Sequence record: MW825358.1
Strand: one strand, 5' to 3'
DNA length: 64,000 nucleotides
Shown piece by piece: positions 62,160 through 64,000 of this stretch (position 1 is its first letter; every line of letters starts with the position of its first letter). Below the pieces are notes generated by a model that did no database searches, had not been told where the DNA came from, and worked only from the letters and a program-made list of their open reading frames with translations. The translations under genes were made by a program, and so were the position numbers.

Positions 62160-64000
62160 ATGGCCGCCACTCACGAACAGTACTTGGCTCTGCGCACGCA
62201 AGTGCAGCAAGCCCAGGTCGATTATCACACCCATGATGCACCCACGATCTCTGATGCCGACTACGATGCCTTACTGGCCTCGCTGCGGCAATTAGAGGCG
62301 GATCATCCAGAATGGGTGGAAGGTCAGTCTGTGACCGAACAGGTCGGTGCGCATATCAAGCGCGGTTTGTATCCGGTCACCCACCGCACTCCAATGCTTT
62401 CGCTGGACAACGTCTTTGACCTGCCCGAGCTGGCAGAGAAGTACTTGCGACTGTGGAAGACGCCGGACTTTCATACCTCTTTTAAGTACGACGGGCTGGC
62501 ATGTGAGCTGACCTATGTCAATCGCGTGCTGTTCGAAGCTGCTACCCGCGGTGATCGCTATACTGGCGAGAGCATCTTGCATAACGTGCAAGGCTTTGAC
62601 ACGATTCCTAAGGGTCTGCCGCGCGGCGCGCCCGATGACCTGCGCGTGCGGGGCGAACTGGTCATGTTCAATGATGAGTTCGAGCGCTACAACCAGGCCT
62701 TGATCGCCGCTGGGGAAACACCCAAGGTCAATCCACGCAACGCCGCCTCAGGGATTGCCAGACGCCTGCGCAGTGACAAACACATCGGGGCGCAGTTGGT
62801 GTTCTTTCCCTACGATGTCCTGTTCCCAGATGGCGAAGGTCCCAAGACCTACGGGGAGAAACTCGAGCTAATCAGCACGTGGGGTTTTCAGTTCCCTTGG
62901 CTGCCGGAGCAATCCAAACCCTCCTACCCGCTGAACCATTACCTCAACGATCGTCAAGCCGAACGGGCCACCTTGCCCTTTGGGATCGACGGGCTGGTCT
63001 TGCGTATCAACGACCTGGCCCACTGCGAGCGTTTGGGCTATACCTCGCGCGCCCCGCGCTTTGCAGTGGCCTACAAGTTCCCGCCTGAGGAAAAGACCAC
63101 GGTGGTGCGCAAGATCCGTCTGCAGATCGGACGCACTGGCAACGCCACGCCTGTAGCAGAGGTCGATCCGGTGGTCGTAGGTGGTGTCACGGTGACCAAT
63201 GCGACCTTGCACAACGAAGATCACATCAAGCGTTTGGATCTGGCCATTGGCGATACGGTCATGATTCGCCGCGCCGGTGACGTAGTGCCAGAGATCTCGG
63301 CGGTGGTCAAGCGCCCGATTGATCGGCAAGAGTGGTTCTTCCCGCAGTTTTGCGAATGCGGTGGTGAGCTGGTGCGTCCTGCCGGCCAGGCCAATCACGT
63401 GTGCATCGGGGAAGGGTGTATCTTCCAGACCCAGCGGGCCTTAGAGCATTTCGTATCCCGCAACGCCATGGACATTGAAGGACTGGGTGAGGAGCTGTTG
63501 GCCAAACTGATCTTGGTGGGCAAGGTGCGGTGGTTTCCAGATATCTACAAGCTCGATGAGAAAGACATCTTGGAAGTCACCAGTGACACCTCGACCCGCT
63601 ATGCCGAGGTGATCATCCAGGCCATTAACAAGAGCCGTAACACGACCGTGCAGCGCTTCTTAAATGCATTGGGTATTCCCATGTCCGGAGAAGGAACCTC
63701 CAAGCGTTTGTATGAGTGGTTCGGCTCTATCGAACTGATCCGCAAGGCCTCAGTTCGGATGTTGATGGCCGTCCCGGATATTGGTCCGACGGTAGCCCGC
63801 AGTATCCATGACTATCTGCACGGCACGCGCAATACCCAGTGGTTGGATGAGTTCTTGGTGCGAGACCAGGCGTTGGTCTTTACCGATGCCATGGGTCCGT
63901 GCGCGGACTTTGCCAAGTACATTGATCTGGAGCAGTTGCTGGATCTGTCAGGGATCAAGGGGATCAATGGAAAGAAGCGCCCCCAGGTCGTGCAGTGGTT
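62160..64000 (+). CDS. ligA: NAD-dependent DNA ligase (runs off the window end)
   Basis: ISDADYD, MLSLDN, KYDG, VRGE, NPRNAASG, DGLV, AVAYKF, IGRTG, ATLHN, RAGDVVP. Confidence 0.97.
   Translation, partial: MAATHEQYLALRTQVQQAQVDYHTHDAPTISDADYDALLASLRQLEADHPEWVEGQSVTEQVGAHIKRGLYPVTHRTPMLSLDNVFDLPELAEKYLRLWKTPDFHTSFKYDGLACELTYVNRVLFEAATRGDRYTGESILHNVQGFDTIPKGLPRGAPDDLRVRGELVMFNDEFERYNQALIAAGETPKVNPRNAASGIARRLRSDKHIGAQLVFFPYDVLFPDGEGPKTYGEKLELISTWGFQFPWLPEQSKPSYPLNHYLNDRQAERATLPFGIDGLVLRINDLAHCERLGYTSRAPRFAVAYKFPPEEKTTVVRKIRLQIGRTGNATPVAEVDPVVVGGVTVTNATLHNEDHIKRLDLAIGDTVMIRRAGDVVPEISAVVKRPIDRQEWFFPQFCECGGELVRPAGQANHVCIGEGCIFQTQRALEHFVSRNAMDIEGLGEELLAKLILVGKVRWFPDIYKLDEKDILEVTSDTSTRYAEVIIQAINKSRNTTVQRFLNALGIPMSGEGTSKRLYEWFGSIELIRKASVRMLMAVPDIGPTVARSIHDYLHGTRNTQWLDEFLVRDQALVFTDAMGPCADFAKYIDLEQLLDLSGIKGINGKKRPQVVQW

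Noticed and set aside
1-64000. CRISPR array, integrase or transposase
   Set aside because: No regularly spaced direct repeats and no recombinase or transposase motifs; the recurring hairpins are dispersed and non-identical.

Overview
This window looks like a 64-kb segment of a large lytic phage genome, most likely a phiKZ-like jumbo phage of a Gram-negative host. That assignment is inferred from the virion protein family, an SNF2-like helicase, TATATTAC-type promoter boxes and GC-rich intergenic hairpins. It carries nucleotide metabolism genes (tmk, thyA, dcd, two MazG-like proteins, HD hydrolases, DHH phosphoesterase), an NAD salvage pair (NadM-NUDIX + NAMPT) and an NAD-dependent ligase cut by the window end. 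It also has a modular endolysin, an embedded Rz/Rz1-type spanin pair, an array of putative tail-fibre proteins with esterase tips, an SspB homologue, a stand-alone sigma70 region-4-like protein and a histone-H1-like protein. The most unusual parts are two RNA-rich islands (about 11.3-14.2 kb and 17.9-20.7 kb) and a roughly 600-nt structured non-coding stretch at 50.3-50.9 kb. Twice independently, an ancestral tRNA gene (Thr, then Gln) is split and has lost its anticodon, and the gap holds an HNH endonuclease gene followed by a complete, divergent replacement tRNA with the same inferred specificity. Three more RNAs keep tRNA ends or D/T elbows but carry large domains in place of the anticodon arm. 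All calls come from reading motifs and pairings by eye; no searches or folding programs were run, and most small ORFs are unassigned.
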